A stretch of DNA of 64,000 bases from Syntrophaceae bacterium UBA4054 (GCA_002383495.1 DFZO01000022.1:4465-68464); one strand, 5' to 3'; counted from the stretch's first letter, positions 9,241 through 19,136 are shown. A program made the numbers and translations. Notes: a model not told the origin generated them from the sequence alone.

Positions 9241-10287
9241 TCAGCGCATCCGCAGGTGCCCCTCGGCGCCGAAAGTTCCGACGGCGGCTGTGGGAGCACC
9301 CCAGGGATTCAGCCGTGGGAGGGTCGATGACCCGTTCAGAGGGAAATGCCCTATTTTACGGATCCGGGTATTCAGGTTGAGATCATCAATAATGCCGACG
9401 ATGCCGGCCAGCCGCGAATGAATTTCCTCAACCTGGGTCCTGTCGAAGGGTCGATTCAGATCGGGTTCCAGGAGATTTCGATATCGCGGGATGGCAATCC
9501 TCACACGACCGCCCGAAAAGGACATCCGGTATTCCCCAAAGGTGGTTCTCAGCGCGAGGAGACGGTCCATCATTTCCGGCGTGAGGAGATACCTTGCCTC
9601 CAAGTGGTCACAAGAGATTACGGTGAATTTTCTGTTGAAGGCCGGATCCCCCAGATTCACAAAATTTTCTTGTCGGGAGGTCCGTTCCGGAAAGTGGGAA
9701 GAAGGGACAACCAATGTCCGGCCCCAAAATCTGTTATCGCAGTGCGCCGAAAAGAAAATCCCGGAAAAGATTGTATAGTACTCGGTCCTCATCCGCGAAT
9801 GTCCATGGATGTCCAATTCATGAACCGTGCGCTTCTCTTCCGCATGCACATGAGAAAACCGGAAATGAGTGACTCCATGAACGCCTTCGATGTAGTCGCA
9901 GCCGCTATAGCGGTCCGGAGTCCCATACAGCATTGAATCCTTGAACTCTTCGATTGAGATGAACCTCCTGGGGGACCAGACGTACCGGTCGGCGGTGATT
10001 GCCAGGAGAGCAGAAATCGTTTCCCGTTTGAAATCCCGTGCCAGATATCTTTTCATCCTTCGCAATGTTCCTGCCGTGATGAGAGGCAGGAGCGCGCATG
10101 CAAAGACATACCCTGCCGGCTCTCTCTGTTCCTGGCAGAAAAAGGAAAAAACGCTCAGACATGCGAAGATAACAGTCCAGGGCCAGAACGATGTCCTGTT
10201 TCTGACGATGTTCAAACGGGTCATCTCGAGATTCCGGAGTTTCTTTCCAAGAGGACCATGGAGAAGCTTTGCGAGATCGTTTTTCAT
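9241..10287 (-). CDS. hypothetical two-TM membrane protein (possibly DUF3137 family)
   Basis: The best RBS (GAGGG, 8-nt spacing) precedes MKNDLAKLL at 10287. The ORF stays open up to 10449. It has an N-terminal helical segment, two hydrophobic helices and a C-terminal globular domain. The family call is from memory only. Confidence 0.55.
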   Translation of the reverse strand: MKNDLAKLLHGPLGKKLRNLEMTRLNIVRNRTSFWPWTVIFACLSVFSFFCQEQREPAGYVFACALLPLITAGTLRRMKRYLARDFKRETISALLAITADRYVWSPRRFISIEEFKDSMLYGTPDRYSGCDYIEGVHGVTHFRFSHVHAEEKRTVHELDIHGHSRMRTEYYTIFSGIFFSAHCDNRFWGRTLVVPSSHFPERTSRQENFVNLGDPAFNRKFTVISCDHLEARYLLTPEMMDRLLALRTTFGEYRMSFSGGRVRIAIPRYRNLLEPDLNRPFDRTQVEEIHSRLAGIVGIIDDLNLNTRIRKIGHFPLNGSSTLPRLNPWGAPTAAVGTFGAEGHLRMR

Positions 10288-10612
10288 GTTGTTATCCCTC
10301 AAACCTTTGTTGCGTAAAGGTGTGGCATATCGTTGAGGGCGTGACAATGCTTGATAAACTTGGTGAATATACGGAACTAAATCAGGCATGACTCTATCGA
10401 CTATTTCCATCCTCTTCGCCCTGCAGACCTTCTTGTTTTCCAACATCATTCAATAAAAAATGACGGTTACCGGCTGCCGGATCTTAAAATTAATTCAACA
10501 TTTCAACTGTAAATTGTGATAATGATTTGCTCATTATAATTAAAGACATTTCATATAGACGGATTCCACGGCAACCTTACATCGGGGACAGGATCATGCG
10601 GTTGGTAGTGAA

Positions 10613-10652
10613 AGAACCCTTTACTCTAAAAAGAGAAAGGGTTCTTTTTTTT
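10613..10652 (+). terminator. strong intrinsic terminator-like hairpin (14-bp stem, AAAA loop, T7 tail) in the leader of the sensor kinase gene
   Basis: AGAACCCTTTaCTCT-AAAA-AGAGAAAGGGTTCT followed by TTTTTTT. A consensus TATAAT lies at 10535-10540 upstream. Confidence 0.6.
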
Positions 10653-10734
10653 GCTCGCAAGAACCCGGATTCAGAGCAGGCGTTTTATTAGAACATCACC
10701 GAACGCACGAGCGCAGGGAGAGGCCGGGATAAAA

Positions 10735-13224
10735 ATGATAAACAGTCAAACGATCTTCACGGGCGATTCTAAATATAGATTGTGGATTCTCGCTCTGTTC
10801 ATCGGAGCTCTTATTCTGGCGGCGGGGTATCTCTTGACAAGGTACCTGGCGGACCAGGCATGGCGGGATGTGATCAGCCAGGGCGATGCGAGTATTTCCG
10901 TATTGGCGTCCAACGTAAAGGCTGCCACTGGAAGGATTGAGAAGGGCGCCCTTACCCTGTCGGGTTCTCCGGGGGTTTCAGCTGCCTTGATCACTCATTA
11001 CGCGGGGGATATCAGGTCCGCTGAAGAAGTGCTCGACCGGTACAACAAAGCCCTGGAAGCGGATGTCTGTTATATTGTGGATCGAACGGGTCTGGTGATT
11101 GCGTCGTCGAACCGTAACGATGCAGATAGTTTTGTCGGCAAGAATTATAAGTTTCGTCCCTATTTCATTGAGGCCATCAAGGGCGAAAAGGGTCGTTACT
11201 TCGCATCGGGAATCACTTCTCTGAAAAGGGGTTTCTATGCGAGCTCTCCCGTTCGGGATGCCCGGGGAAGGATCATCGGTGTGACCGTCATTAAAGAAAA
11301 TATTGATGACATTGAGAATTATTTAAGAAATTATGAATACTCTTTCCTCATCAGCCCGGAGGGCGTCATTTTTCTTTCCGGTAAGCCCGAGATGGTCTTG
11401 AAAAGCCTGTGGCCGTTGGAAAAGGCTGTTGAGCAGCGGCTTCTTGTTTCACGCCAGTTCGGCGACAAACCCTTTGAAGCATTTCTACCCCGGGAAGTGT
11501 CCAACGGGACAGATATCCGTTTACAGGGAAAACGTTTCCTGGTTTTCCGCAAGATCATCGATCCTCAGGGCTGGTCTATCGTTCTTATCTCCTCTCTCGA
11601 AAGGGTGACTTTTTATAAATTCATAGGTGTTGCGGCAACCCTTTTTGTGTTGATACTGGTTTCTTCTCTCATTTTGATCATTAACGAGACAAATAAAGCC
11701 AGGGCGGTACATCTCGAAAGTGAACAAAAACTCCAAAGCATTCTCCACGGCTCTTTTATTCCAACCTTTGTGATCGGAAATGATCACAAGATCCTATACT
11801 GGAATAAGGCCCTGGAAGAAATCAGCAGGATCAGGGCGGCGGATATCATTGGTACCACCGGGCAATGGAAGGCATTTTATGAGAGGGAGAGGCCTACCCT
11901 GGCGGATATCCTTGTGGACGGCGCCATCGAGTCCATTCCGGAATGGTATTCCGGCAAGTACATCAAATCCACCCTGATCGATGAAGCCTACGAGGCGGCG
12001 GATTTTTTCCCTGCCATTGGCGATGGCGGAAAGTGGCTGCGTTTTACCGCGGCAGCCATCAGAGATTCTTCAGGCCGGTTGATCGGAGCCATTGAAACGC
12101 TGGAAGACATCACGGATCTGCGGCGCGCTGAGGCGTTATTCAGGACTATGGCGGACACCTCCCGGGCCGGGGTTTATATCATCCAGGACGGCAGATTTCA
12201 ATTCATCAATTACAATGCCGCGAGGTATGCAGGATATTCGGCGGAAGAGATGATAGGGATGAAGACACTGAGCATTGTGTATCCCGAAGATGTTGAAGCA
12301 GCAAAAACAAATGCCTCAGAGATGTTGACGGGGAAGCGCACGGCTCCTTATGAATTCAGGATTATCCGGAAAGATGGGCAGGTTCGGTGGATCATGGAGA
12401 CGGTGACATCGATTGATTATCACGGCTCGAAGGCTGTCCTCGGGAACTCCATGGATATTACCAAGCAGAAGCAGTCCGAAGAGGCATTGAAAAAAGCCTT
12501 CCAGGATCTCCAGGAGACCAAGGACATGCTTGTCCAGTCCGAAAAACTCGCGGCCATGGGCCGCCTTTCATCAGGCGTTGCCCATGAGATTCGCAATCCC
12601 CTGAACATCATGTCCCTGAACCTGCAGATGTTGGAGATAAAAGGGACATTGGATGAAGATACTAAGAAAGCCGTGGACCTCTGCCACACCCAGATCAACC
12701 GCATCGTCAAGATCATTGAGGGCCTCCGGAAATTTTCCCGCATGTCTGAAAAAAAGCTCTCCCCGGAGCACGTCCAGGAAGTCATCGAACATGTGCTTAG
12801 CCTGAGTGCCCCCCGGTTCAAAATGGAGGACGTCGCCGTCAGCGTGAAATGCAATCCGGATCTCCCGCGGATATTCATGGACGGAGCGGCCATGGAACAG
12901 GTCTTCTTCAATCTGATTTCCAATGCCCTGGACGCGATGAAAGATCGGGAAAAGAAGGTTCTCACGATAGCCGCCGAGAAGAGAGGCGGGAATATTTTCG
13001 TCACCGTTTCCGATACGGGTCATGGCATCCGGGAGGAGGATCTGCAGAAACTCTTTGATCCCTTCTTTACGACGAAGGGCCCGGACAAGGGAACCGGGCT
13101 GGGCCTTTCCATCTCATACGGGATCATCCAGGACCACAAAGGAAAAATCTGGGCGGAGAATAATGAGACGGGAGGGACATCGTTCTGCATTGAACTGCCG
13201 ATCGAAAAAAGAGCAAGGTCTTGA
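10735..13224 (+). CDS. sensor histidine kinase: periplasmic DctB-like double-PDC/Cache domain, TM, two PAS domains, HisKA, HATPase
   Basis: The periplasmic part carries KFRPYFIEAIKG...GFYASSPVRD...IIGVTVIK. Other elements are the PAS tails LEDITDLRRAE and SMDITKQKQSE, the H-box SSGVAHEIRNPLN, and the G-boxes DTGHGI and GTGLGLSI. ATG 10735 is preferred because TTG 10651 overlaps the terminator tail. Confidence 0.85.
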   Translation: MINSQTIFTGDSKYRLWILALFIGALILAAGYLLTRYLADQAWRDVISQGDASISVLASNVKAATGRIEKGALTLSGSPGVSAALITHYAGDIRSAEEVLDRYNKALEADVCYIVDRTGLVIASSNRNDADSFVGKNYKFRPYFIEAIKGEKGRYFASGITSLKRGFYASSPVRDARGRIIGVTVIKENIDDIENYLRNYEYSFLISPEGVIFLSGKPEMVLKSLWPLEKAVEQRLLVSRQFGDKPFEAFLPREVSNGTDIRLQGKRFLVFRKIIDPQGWSIVLISSLERVTFYKFIGVAATLFVLILVSSLILIINETNKARAVHLESEQKLQSILHGSFIPTFVIGNDHKILYWNKALEEISRIRAADIIGTTGQWKAFYERERPTLADILVDGAIESIPEWYSGKYIKSTLIDEAYEAADFFPAIGDGGKWLRFTAAAIRDSSGRLIGAIETLEDITDLRRAEALFRTMADTSRAGVYIIQDGRFQFINYNAARYAGYSAEEMIGMKTLSIVYPEDVEAAKTNASEMLTGKRTAPYEFRIIRKDGQVRWIMETVTSIDYHGSKAVLGNSMDITKQKQSEEALKKAFQDLQETKDMLVQSEKLAAMGRLSSGVAHEIRNPLNIMSLNLQMLEIKGTLDEDTKKAVDLCHTQINRIVKIIEGLRKFSRMSEKKLSPEHVQEVIEHVLSLSAPRFKMEDVAVSVKCNPDLPRIFMDGAAMEQVFFNLISNALDAMKDREKKVLTIAAEKRGGNIFVTVSDTGHGIREEDLQKLFDPFFTTKGPDKGTGLGLSISYGIIQDHKGKIWAENNETGGTSFCIELPIEKRARS

Positions 13225-13364
13225 CAATCATTTTTTCAAGAATGCGTTTTTTAGGGAATTGTTCTTTACAGAAATGCCCGTTTGCCCTAAAATAAAATCG
13301 TTGGCGCAGACAGGCCCGCCGGGGTTCTTGCGGTTGTGTGAAGAGGATACAGGAGTGCGGGAAG

Positions 13365-14213
13365 ATGCCGGAACGTGTCCGAGTCCAGGAAGTCTTCAAC
13401 GATGTCCGCGCCCACCGGCGCGTTGCCGACCTGATTCGACGGTTCTCGACCAACAAACGCGATGTCCGCCAGGCGGCCATGGAGGCACTCGACATTAAGG
13501 GGTGCCGGTCCATCCTGGATCTGGGATGCGCCTTCGGTTCTTTCGCGGAGAGTCTCAAAGGCAGGGTGCATCCCCAGGCGACCATCACGGGCGTGGATGT
13601 CGTCGAGGCTTACGAGCCGATGTTTCTGGATGCCTGCCGCCGGGCGGGTATGAGCGGACGGTTCTTCCCCGGAGGGGCGTCCGTCCTGAAAACCTTCGCC
13701 GACCGATCCTTTGATCTCATTCTCTGCTCCTATGCCCTCTATTTCTTCCCCGACGCCATCGGGGACATCGCCCGTCTGCTCAGCCGGGAAGGAATCTTCA
13801 TTGCCATTACACACCATCAGCGGAACGCGGGCGAGCTGATCGATCTGACGAAAAACATTCTAAGGGCCGAGGGGCTTTTTCACGAAAAGGAGCTGCCTTT
13901 TGAGACCATTATCGGCCGATTCTCATCGGAGAACGGGGAAGCGCTTCTGAATCCCTGGTTCGGGAAAATCAAGACCATCGATTACCTCAATTCGCTGGTG
14001 TTCCCGCCGGCCGATGTCTTGCAGCTACTGGAGTATCTCCGGTTCAAAAGCCCCCTTTACTTCATGGGAACGGGAAGGGATACGGAGGCCATCCTGGCTC
14101 TGATCCGGGAGTATCTGGTGGGCGTCTCCTCCGGGAAAAACAGCTTGACCATCTCGAAGGATGACCGCATCTTCATTTGCGCATTGCCGAGGCATGGAGA
14201 GAATAAGCCATGA
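13365..14213 (+). CDS. class I SAM-dependent methyltransferase
   Basis: The SAM motif ILDLGCAFGSF is present. RBS AGGAG lies 9 nt before ATG 13365 (GTG 13338 is an alternative). The stop overlaps the next start (ATGA). Confidence 0.75.
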   Translation: MPERVRVQEVFNDVRAHRRVADLIRRFSTNKRDVRQAAMEALDIKGCRSILDLGCAFGSFAESLKGRVHPQATITGVDVVEAYEPMFLDACRRAGMSGRFFPGGASVLKTFADRSFDLILCSYALYFFPDAIGDIARLLSREGIFIAITHHQRNAGELIDLTKNILRAEGLFHEKELPFETIIGRFSSENGEALLNPWFGKIKTIDYLNSLVFPPADVLQLLEYLRFKSPLYFMGTGRDTEAILALIREYLVGVSSGKNSLTISKDDRIFICALPRHGENKP

Positions 14214-15214
14214 GGAAGGGACGCAGACGTTATTGCCACTCTTGCGGCGGACCGGTCTCCCACAGGATAGAAGACGGAATCCGGCGGGATTTTTGTCCGG
14301 TATGCAACCTCTTCTTTTATGAGAATCCGCTGCCCGTTGTCTCGACGATCGTCGATGTGGACCGCCGGATTCTTATGGTCAAGCGGGGAAAGAGACCCTA
14401 CAGGGGTTCCTGGTGCCTGCCCACGGGATTTGCCGAAGCCGGCGAAAGCATTCAGGGGGCGGCCTTGAGAGAACTGGCGGAGGAAACGGGCATCGAGGGC
14501 AGAATCCTCAGTCTCGTGGATGTCCGGTCCTACGGAAGCCGATTCTACGGGGATCTCCTTTTCATCACCTTCGAGGTGGAGCTCCTGGGGGGATCGCTTC
14601 AACCCAAACCCGGGAGCGATACAGTCGCGGCCCGTTTATTCCCCCTGGAGCATCTTCCCCGAATAGCATTCTCTTCAAACAGGAACGCCCTCCAGCGTTA
14701 CATCGCGGGCAAGGCCGAATACTGGGCCATCGTCGATTCCTTCAGCATTTCCGTTCGCGGAGAGGAAACGGGCGGCGTCAGGAGAGATCTCCTCTCAGAC
14801 AGGATGATCGGCGTCATTGAGGATAACGCGGAATCCATCGCCCGACGCTGGATGAACGATGCCCTGAACAACCCTTCGACGGCGGATTTCCGCAAGCTCG
14901 ATCAGACGCGTCTTTTCGGGGATGTCCGGGAGATTCTCTCCCAATTTGGAAAATGGCTGGGAGGTTTTTACAAAGACGCCGACATCCGCGCCTATTACAC
15001 GGCCTTCGGACGGAAAAGCCGCGGGGACGGCGTGGCTCTGAGCCATGCCCTCAGCGCCCTGAGCCTGATCAAGAAACATCTCTGGGAGTTCGCTCTCTCA
15101 CAGGGCATGTGGCGCAAGACGCTCGACATCTACATGGCGCTGGAACTCGACCGCCGGATCGTTATTTTTTTTGACAAGGCGGTTTTTCATACGACCAAGG
15201 GTTATGAAAGATAG
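14210..15214 (+). CDS. NUDIX hydrolase with N-terminal zinc ribbon and about 150-aa C-terminal helical domain
   Basis: CHSCGG...CPVCN forms the zinc ribbon. The NUDIX box is GFAEAGESIQGAALRELAEETGI. The C-terminal domain is unassigned. Confidence 0.8.
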   Translation: MRKGRRRYCHSCGGPVSHRIEDGIRRDFCPVCNLFFYENPLPVVSTIVDVDRRILMVKRGKRPYRGSWCLPTGFAEAGESIQGAALRELAEETGIEGRILSLVDVRSYGSRFYGDLLFITFEVELLGGSLQPKPGSDTVAARLFPLEHLPRIAFSSNRNALQRYIAGKAEYWAIVDSFSISVRGEETGGVRRDLLSDRMIGVIEDNAESIARRWMNDALNNPSTADFRKLDQTRLFGDVREILSQFGKWLGGFYKDADIRAYYTAFGRKSRGDGVALSHALSALSLIKKHLWEFALSQGMWRKTLDIYMALELDRRIVIFFDKAVFHTTKGYER

Positions 15215-15245
15215 ACTCCCTTCGTACATCACAAAGATCGCACGC

Positions 15246-15839
15246 TCAGGAAGCTGTATGTGACATGTTTTTCACCCCCGGAGAGAGTGAATCAACATTC
15301 AGCGGGAATCGATAGCCGGCCTTTTCATAAAGATCCCTTATTCGGATCAGGTCTTCCATCATGTTTTCGCCTGGGATGATTTCACCCAGCCATCGGGCTC
15401 TTTTATTTTTATTGTCCAGATACCAGCAGATGATGGAAACCCCGGCGGCCTTCGCGATATGCCAGAATCCGGTTTTGATCGTCGGCACTTTTTTCCGGGT
15501 TCCCTCAGGCACGATGGCCAGAAGAAACTCATCTCTTGTGTCGAAAACCTTCACCATCTGTTCCACAACGCCCTGGGGGGAACCGCGATCCACGGGAATG
15601 CCGCCCAGAATATTGAGAAGAAAAGACATGGGCCAGAAATACAACTCTTTTTTTATCATGATATACCCGGTTCGCTTGATAATCCGGAACGCCGTGAAGG
15701 CCCTGACCGCATCCATGTTGGATGTATGGGGAAAACCGACAATGACATGCTTGCTGGAAAAATAAGACGGGAGCGGTTCAAACCGCCAGCCCATCAAGAA
15801 ATAAAGAAAACGTCCCGCAAGACTCATGAATTGTTTCAC
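15246..15839 (-). CDS. PlsC-family acyltransferase (1-acyl-sn-glycerol-3-phosphate acyltransferase-like)
   Basis: HX4D motif (PHTSNMD) and EGTR motif (VPEGTRKK). GTG start with RBS AAAGGAA. Confidence 0.7.
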   Translation of the reverse strand: MKQFMSLAGRFLYFLMGWRFEPLPSYFSSKHVIVGFPHTSNMDAVRAFTAFRIIKRTGYIMIKKELYFWPMSFLLNILGGIPVDRGSPQGVVEQMVKVFDTRDEFLLAIVPEGTRKKVPTIKTGFWHIAKAAGVSIICWYLDNKNKRARWLGEIIPGENMMEDLIRIRDLYEKAGYRFPLNVDSLSPGVKNMSHTAS

Positions 15840-16185
15840 CTGGGATTCCTTTCATTTTCCTTTTTTCATCTTGATCCTGAGACCGGCACGGAACACATGG
15901 TTGCCGGAACCTCGGCGTTGATGATGGCATTTCTATGTGAAATGAAATGCTTTTGACGTCGCAGAAGGCCAATCATGGTCGGTAATCTTGCACATTCTTC
16001 AGTTTCCGTCAATGAACGACATTTTGCCCCTTAATGCCGCCGACTGAAAAAAGGTTTGACAGGAAATCAGGGGAGTTTTATTGTTGCACGACTGGAACAA
16101 TTCCGAATGTTGGAAAGATCGTTCCAAATAGAGCTGCAGGGATTATTAAGTGTACGTCGTTGAACTTGACAATTGATCCTTGCGT

Positions 16186-16304
16186 GTCATCCCCGCGAAG
16201 AGACTGTGTCACTATTACCATCTTTGTCATTCCGTGCAAGCGAAGCGCGACACGGAATCCAGTATTTTCATTAAGTTCTGGATGCCGGCTTTCGCCGGCA
16301 TGAC
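16186..16304. repeat. cluster of GTCAT-initiated hairpin repeat units
   Basis: The units are GTCATCCCCGCGAAG (16186), GTCATTCCGTG...CACGGAATCCAG (16226-16262) and CTGGATGCCGGCTTTCGCCGGCATGAC (16278-16304). Related units occur at 27177 and 52681-52756. Confidence 0.7.
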
Positions 16305-16361
16305 AAACTTTTTCTTCGAGAGATGTTATTGTAAACTATTTCATGATCCGGGTGGTAAAAC

Positions 16362-17285
16362 ATGATCACGGATTTCAAGATGCTGATTGCGGAGGCCGCT
16401 TCCCGGGGGCCCAGGAAGGTTGCCGTCGTTCTGCCTCATGAGGCGGCATCGATCGAAGCGATCAATGACGCGCAGATCGCGGGCGTGGCCGAAGGCGTTC
16501 TCATCGGACACTCGAACCTTATCGAATCGCTTTTGAAGGATCTGAAGATTCTCCCGTCGCGTTTCGTCATTCACCATGAGATGAACGAGGATCTGGCGGC
16601 CGAATACGGTGTGGAACTGGCCGCGTCAGGCGGAATCGATATTCTCCTGAAAGGGAACATCTCGACCAACAAACTTCTGGGCGCTGCGCTGCGCGGTCCC
16701 CGCAATCTGAGGGCCGGAGCTCTGCTGAGCGATGTTTTCATCTTTGAGGACAGCCGGCAGGGCAGGCGGTCCATCACGCTCGCCTCCGATGGGGGCGTCA
16801 ATGTGGCTCCCGATTTGAAAGCGAAAATCGGCATCATCAAAAACGCCGTGACGGTCGCGCATGCCCTCGGGATCAGGGTCCCGAAGGTGGCCATTCTTTC
16901 CGGCGTGGAAAAAGTTCAGCCGGAAGTGCAATCAACGGTGGACGCCCTCGCTCTGGCCAAGATATGTTCATACGGGGATATCCCGGACTGCATTGTGGAC
17001 GGTCCTTTCGCGCTGGACAATGCCGTTTCCATGGAAGCAGCGCAGATCAAGAAAGTGGAATCACCGGTGGCCGGTTCAGCCGACATTCTGATCATGCCGG
17101 ACCTGGAGGCGGGAAATATCTTCGGAAAGGCTCTGGTCTACTATGGAGGAAAGGCTCTCGCGCACGTCATCGTCGGCGCGAAGGTCCCCATCCTGATCAG
17201 CTCGCGATCGGACCCGCCCGCGGCGAGGCTGGCCTCCATAGCCCTGGGCGTTCTGCTGTCATCTTGGATGACAGAGAAAGCATGA
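16362..17285 (+). CDS. phosphate butyryl/acetyl-transferase (Ptb/Pta family)
   Basis: 307 aa with PTA_PTB-like sequence throughout (DGGVNVAPDLKAKIGIIKNAV, ADILIMPDLEAGNI). Confidence 0.8.
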   Translation: MITDFKMLIAEAASRGPRKVAVVLPHEAASIEAINDAQIAGVAEGVLIGHSNLIESLLKDLKILPSRFVIHHEMNEDLAAEYGVELAASGGIDILLKGNISTNKLLGAALRGPRNLRAGALLSDVFIFEDSRQGRRSITLASDGGVNVAPDLKAKIGIIKNAVTVAHALGIRVPKVAILSGVEKVQPEVQSTVDALALAKICSYGDIPDCIVDGPFALDNAVSMEAAQIKKVESPVAGSADILIMPDLEAGNIFGKALVYYGGKALAHVIVGAKVPILISSRSDPPAARLASIALGVLLSSWMTEKA

Positions 17286-17312
17286 CGTATTTTCACATGG
17301 CAGGAAGGGGAT

Positions 17313-17744
17313 ATGAAGATAACACAGCTCTCAGTCTTTCTGGATAACAGGGCAGGGGTCCTGGCGGAACTGACCGAATATCTCGGCGCGAAGGGCATAA
17401 ACATCCGCGCACTCAGCGTCGCCGAGTCCCGGGATTTCGGCGTTATACGGATGATCGTGCCCGATCCCTCCCGTGCCGCCGATCTCCTCGGCGCAAAGGG
17501 TTACAGCATCCAGAAAGTGGAGGTCCTTGCCGTGCGGGTGGCCGATGAACCCGGAGGGCTTGGAAAGGCGCTTCGCGCCCTGGCCGACGAGCATTTGAAC
17601 GTGGATTATCTGTACACGTTTCTGGACAAGCTGGGAGATCACGCCGTCGTGATTCTTCGGGTCGACAATCTTGACTTCGCGAAGGCCGTTCTGATTCGTG
17701 AGGGCTTTGGGCTTTTATCGCAGGAAGATTTCTCAGGACTATAG
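17313..17744 (+). CDS. ACT domain-containing protein
   Basis: Two ACT-like repeats (MKITQLSVFLDNRAGVLAELT..., VLAVRVADEPGGLGKALRAL). RBS GGAAGGGG. Confidence 0.7.
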   Translation: MKITQLSVFLDNRAGVLAELTEYLGAKGINIRALSVAESRDFGVIRMIVPDPSRAADLLGAKGYSIQKVEVLAVRVADEPGGLGKALRALADEHLNVDYLYTFLDKLGDHAVVILRVDNLDFAKAVLIREGFGLLSQEDFSGL

Positions 17745-17765
17745 CAAAAGCGCTGCTTCCCCTTT

Positions 17766-18878
17766 TTATCCCTTCAGGATGGTTTTCAGGGCCGCGAGCA
17801 GCCTCGCGACATTTTCCTTCCTTGCCGTATGCCCCATCAGACCGACGCGCCAGATTTTTCCTGCCAGGGGGCCCAGGCCGGCACCGACTTCAATTTTGAA
17901 TTCACTTCGCAGGCGCCGCCGGACGGACAGTTCGTCCACGCCTTCGGGAACCAGCACGGCATTAAGCATGGGGAGGCGGTGAGGCTCATCGACCAGCATC
18001 TTCAGACCGAGCTCTTCCAGGCCGTTGACCAGCACCTGGTGATTCTCCCTGTGACGCTGGAAGACCTTCTCCTGTGTTTCCTCCAGGATCAGGAGGAGCG
18101 CCTGGTAAAGACCGTAGATCATGTTCACGGGCGCCGTATGATGATAAACGCGGTTTGTCCCCCAGTAGTTGGCGATGAGCGAGAGATCGAGGTACCAGTT
18201 GGGGACTTTCGTTTTCCGTCCGTTGAGCCGGGCCATCGCCTTTTCCGAAAAGGAGAGGGGCGCCAGTCCGGGCGGGCAGGACAGGCATTTCTGAGTCCCG
18301 CTGTAAATCGCGTCGATGTTCCAGTCGTCCGTCCTGACGTCCACGCCGCCCAGGCTTGTGACGGTATCAACAAGGTAAAGCGTGTCCGAATTCCTGAGCA
18401 GGCCGCCGACTTCAGCGACCGGGTTGAGCACGCCCGTGGAGGTTTCGGCGTGGACGATCGCCGCGATCTTGTATCCGCCCTTCCGAATCTTCTTTTCAAC
18501 CTCTTCGACGATCACCGGGGTCCCCCATTCAAATTCCAGCGCGTCCACCTGTGCTCCCAGCCTTTCCGCCACATCCTTCATCCTCCGTCCGAAAACGCCG
18601 TTGACGGCGATGAGGACTTTATCCCCCGGCTCCACGAGGTTTACGAAACAGGCCTCCATTCCGGCGGAGCCCGTGCCGGATAAAGGCAGCGTCAATTTAT
18701 TGTTGGTGTTCATGATCTTCTGAAGCATTTCCTTGAGGCCGTCCATTATTTTCAGGAAATAGGGGTCCAGATGCCCGAGGGTTTTCAGGCTCAGGGCGGC
18801 GTAGACTTCCGGAGGCACGCAAGAGGGTCCGGGTCCCATCAGCAACACTTCCTCAATCCCCTTCAACTGATTTTCCAT
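17766..18878 (-). CDS. class V aminotransferase (serine-pyruvate / alanine-glyoxylate type)
   Basis: PLP-lysine context SGTQKCLSCPPG. RBS AAGGAG lies 7 nt before MENQLKG. The ORF extends to 18899. Confidence 0.85.
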   Translation of the reverse strand: MENQLKGIEEVLLMGPGPSCVPPEVYAALSLKTLGHLDPYFLKIMDGLKEMLQKIMNTNNKLTLPLSGTGSAGMEACFVNLVEPGDKVLIAVNGVFGRRMKDVAERLGAQVDALEFEWGTPVIVEEVEKKIRKGGYKIAAIVHAETSTGVLNPVAEVGGLLRNSDTLYLVDTVTSLGGVDVRTDDWNIDAIYSGTQKCLSCPPGLAPLSFSEKAMARLNGRKTKVPNWYLDLSLIANYWGTNRVYHHTAPVNMIYGLYQALLLILEETQEKVFQRHRENHQVLVNGLEELGLKMLVDEPHRLPMLNAVLVPEGVDELSVRRRLRSEFKIEVGAGLGPLAGKIWRVGLMGHTARKENVARLLAALKTILKG

Positions 18879-18909
18879 AGGGGTCTCCTTTCGGATCATT
18901 TAAGGGAGG

Positions 18910-19136
18910 TTAACGCTCCAGCAGTTTCAGTTTCAGAAGTTTCTTGGCCAACGTGTAAATATCCTCTTTGCTGCCTTCCTTGCGTCGGCCGACGGCGACG
19001 ATGAAGACAACATTTTTTTCTCCGGCTCGTCGGACAGGCCGTCGATCGCGTTCCGGATTTTGATTCTGGTTTTCTGATCGGAAATTCGGCTGAGCATATC
19101 GAGAGCAGTGGGGGTGATAAAGATAGAGCATTTCAC
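18910..19136 (-). pseudogene. degraded RelE/ParE-family toxin (frameshift in A7 run plus missing central beta-strands)
   Basis: The N-terminal part MKCSIFITPTALDMLSRISDQKTRIKIRNAIDGLSDEPEKK is in one frame. The C-terminal part NVVFIVAVGRRKEGSKEDIYTLAKKLL is in another. They join at the homopolymer 19003-19009. The conserved central RelE segment is absent even after frame repair. Confidence 0.65.
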
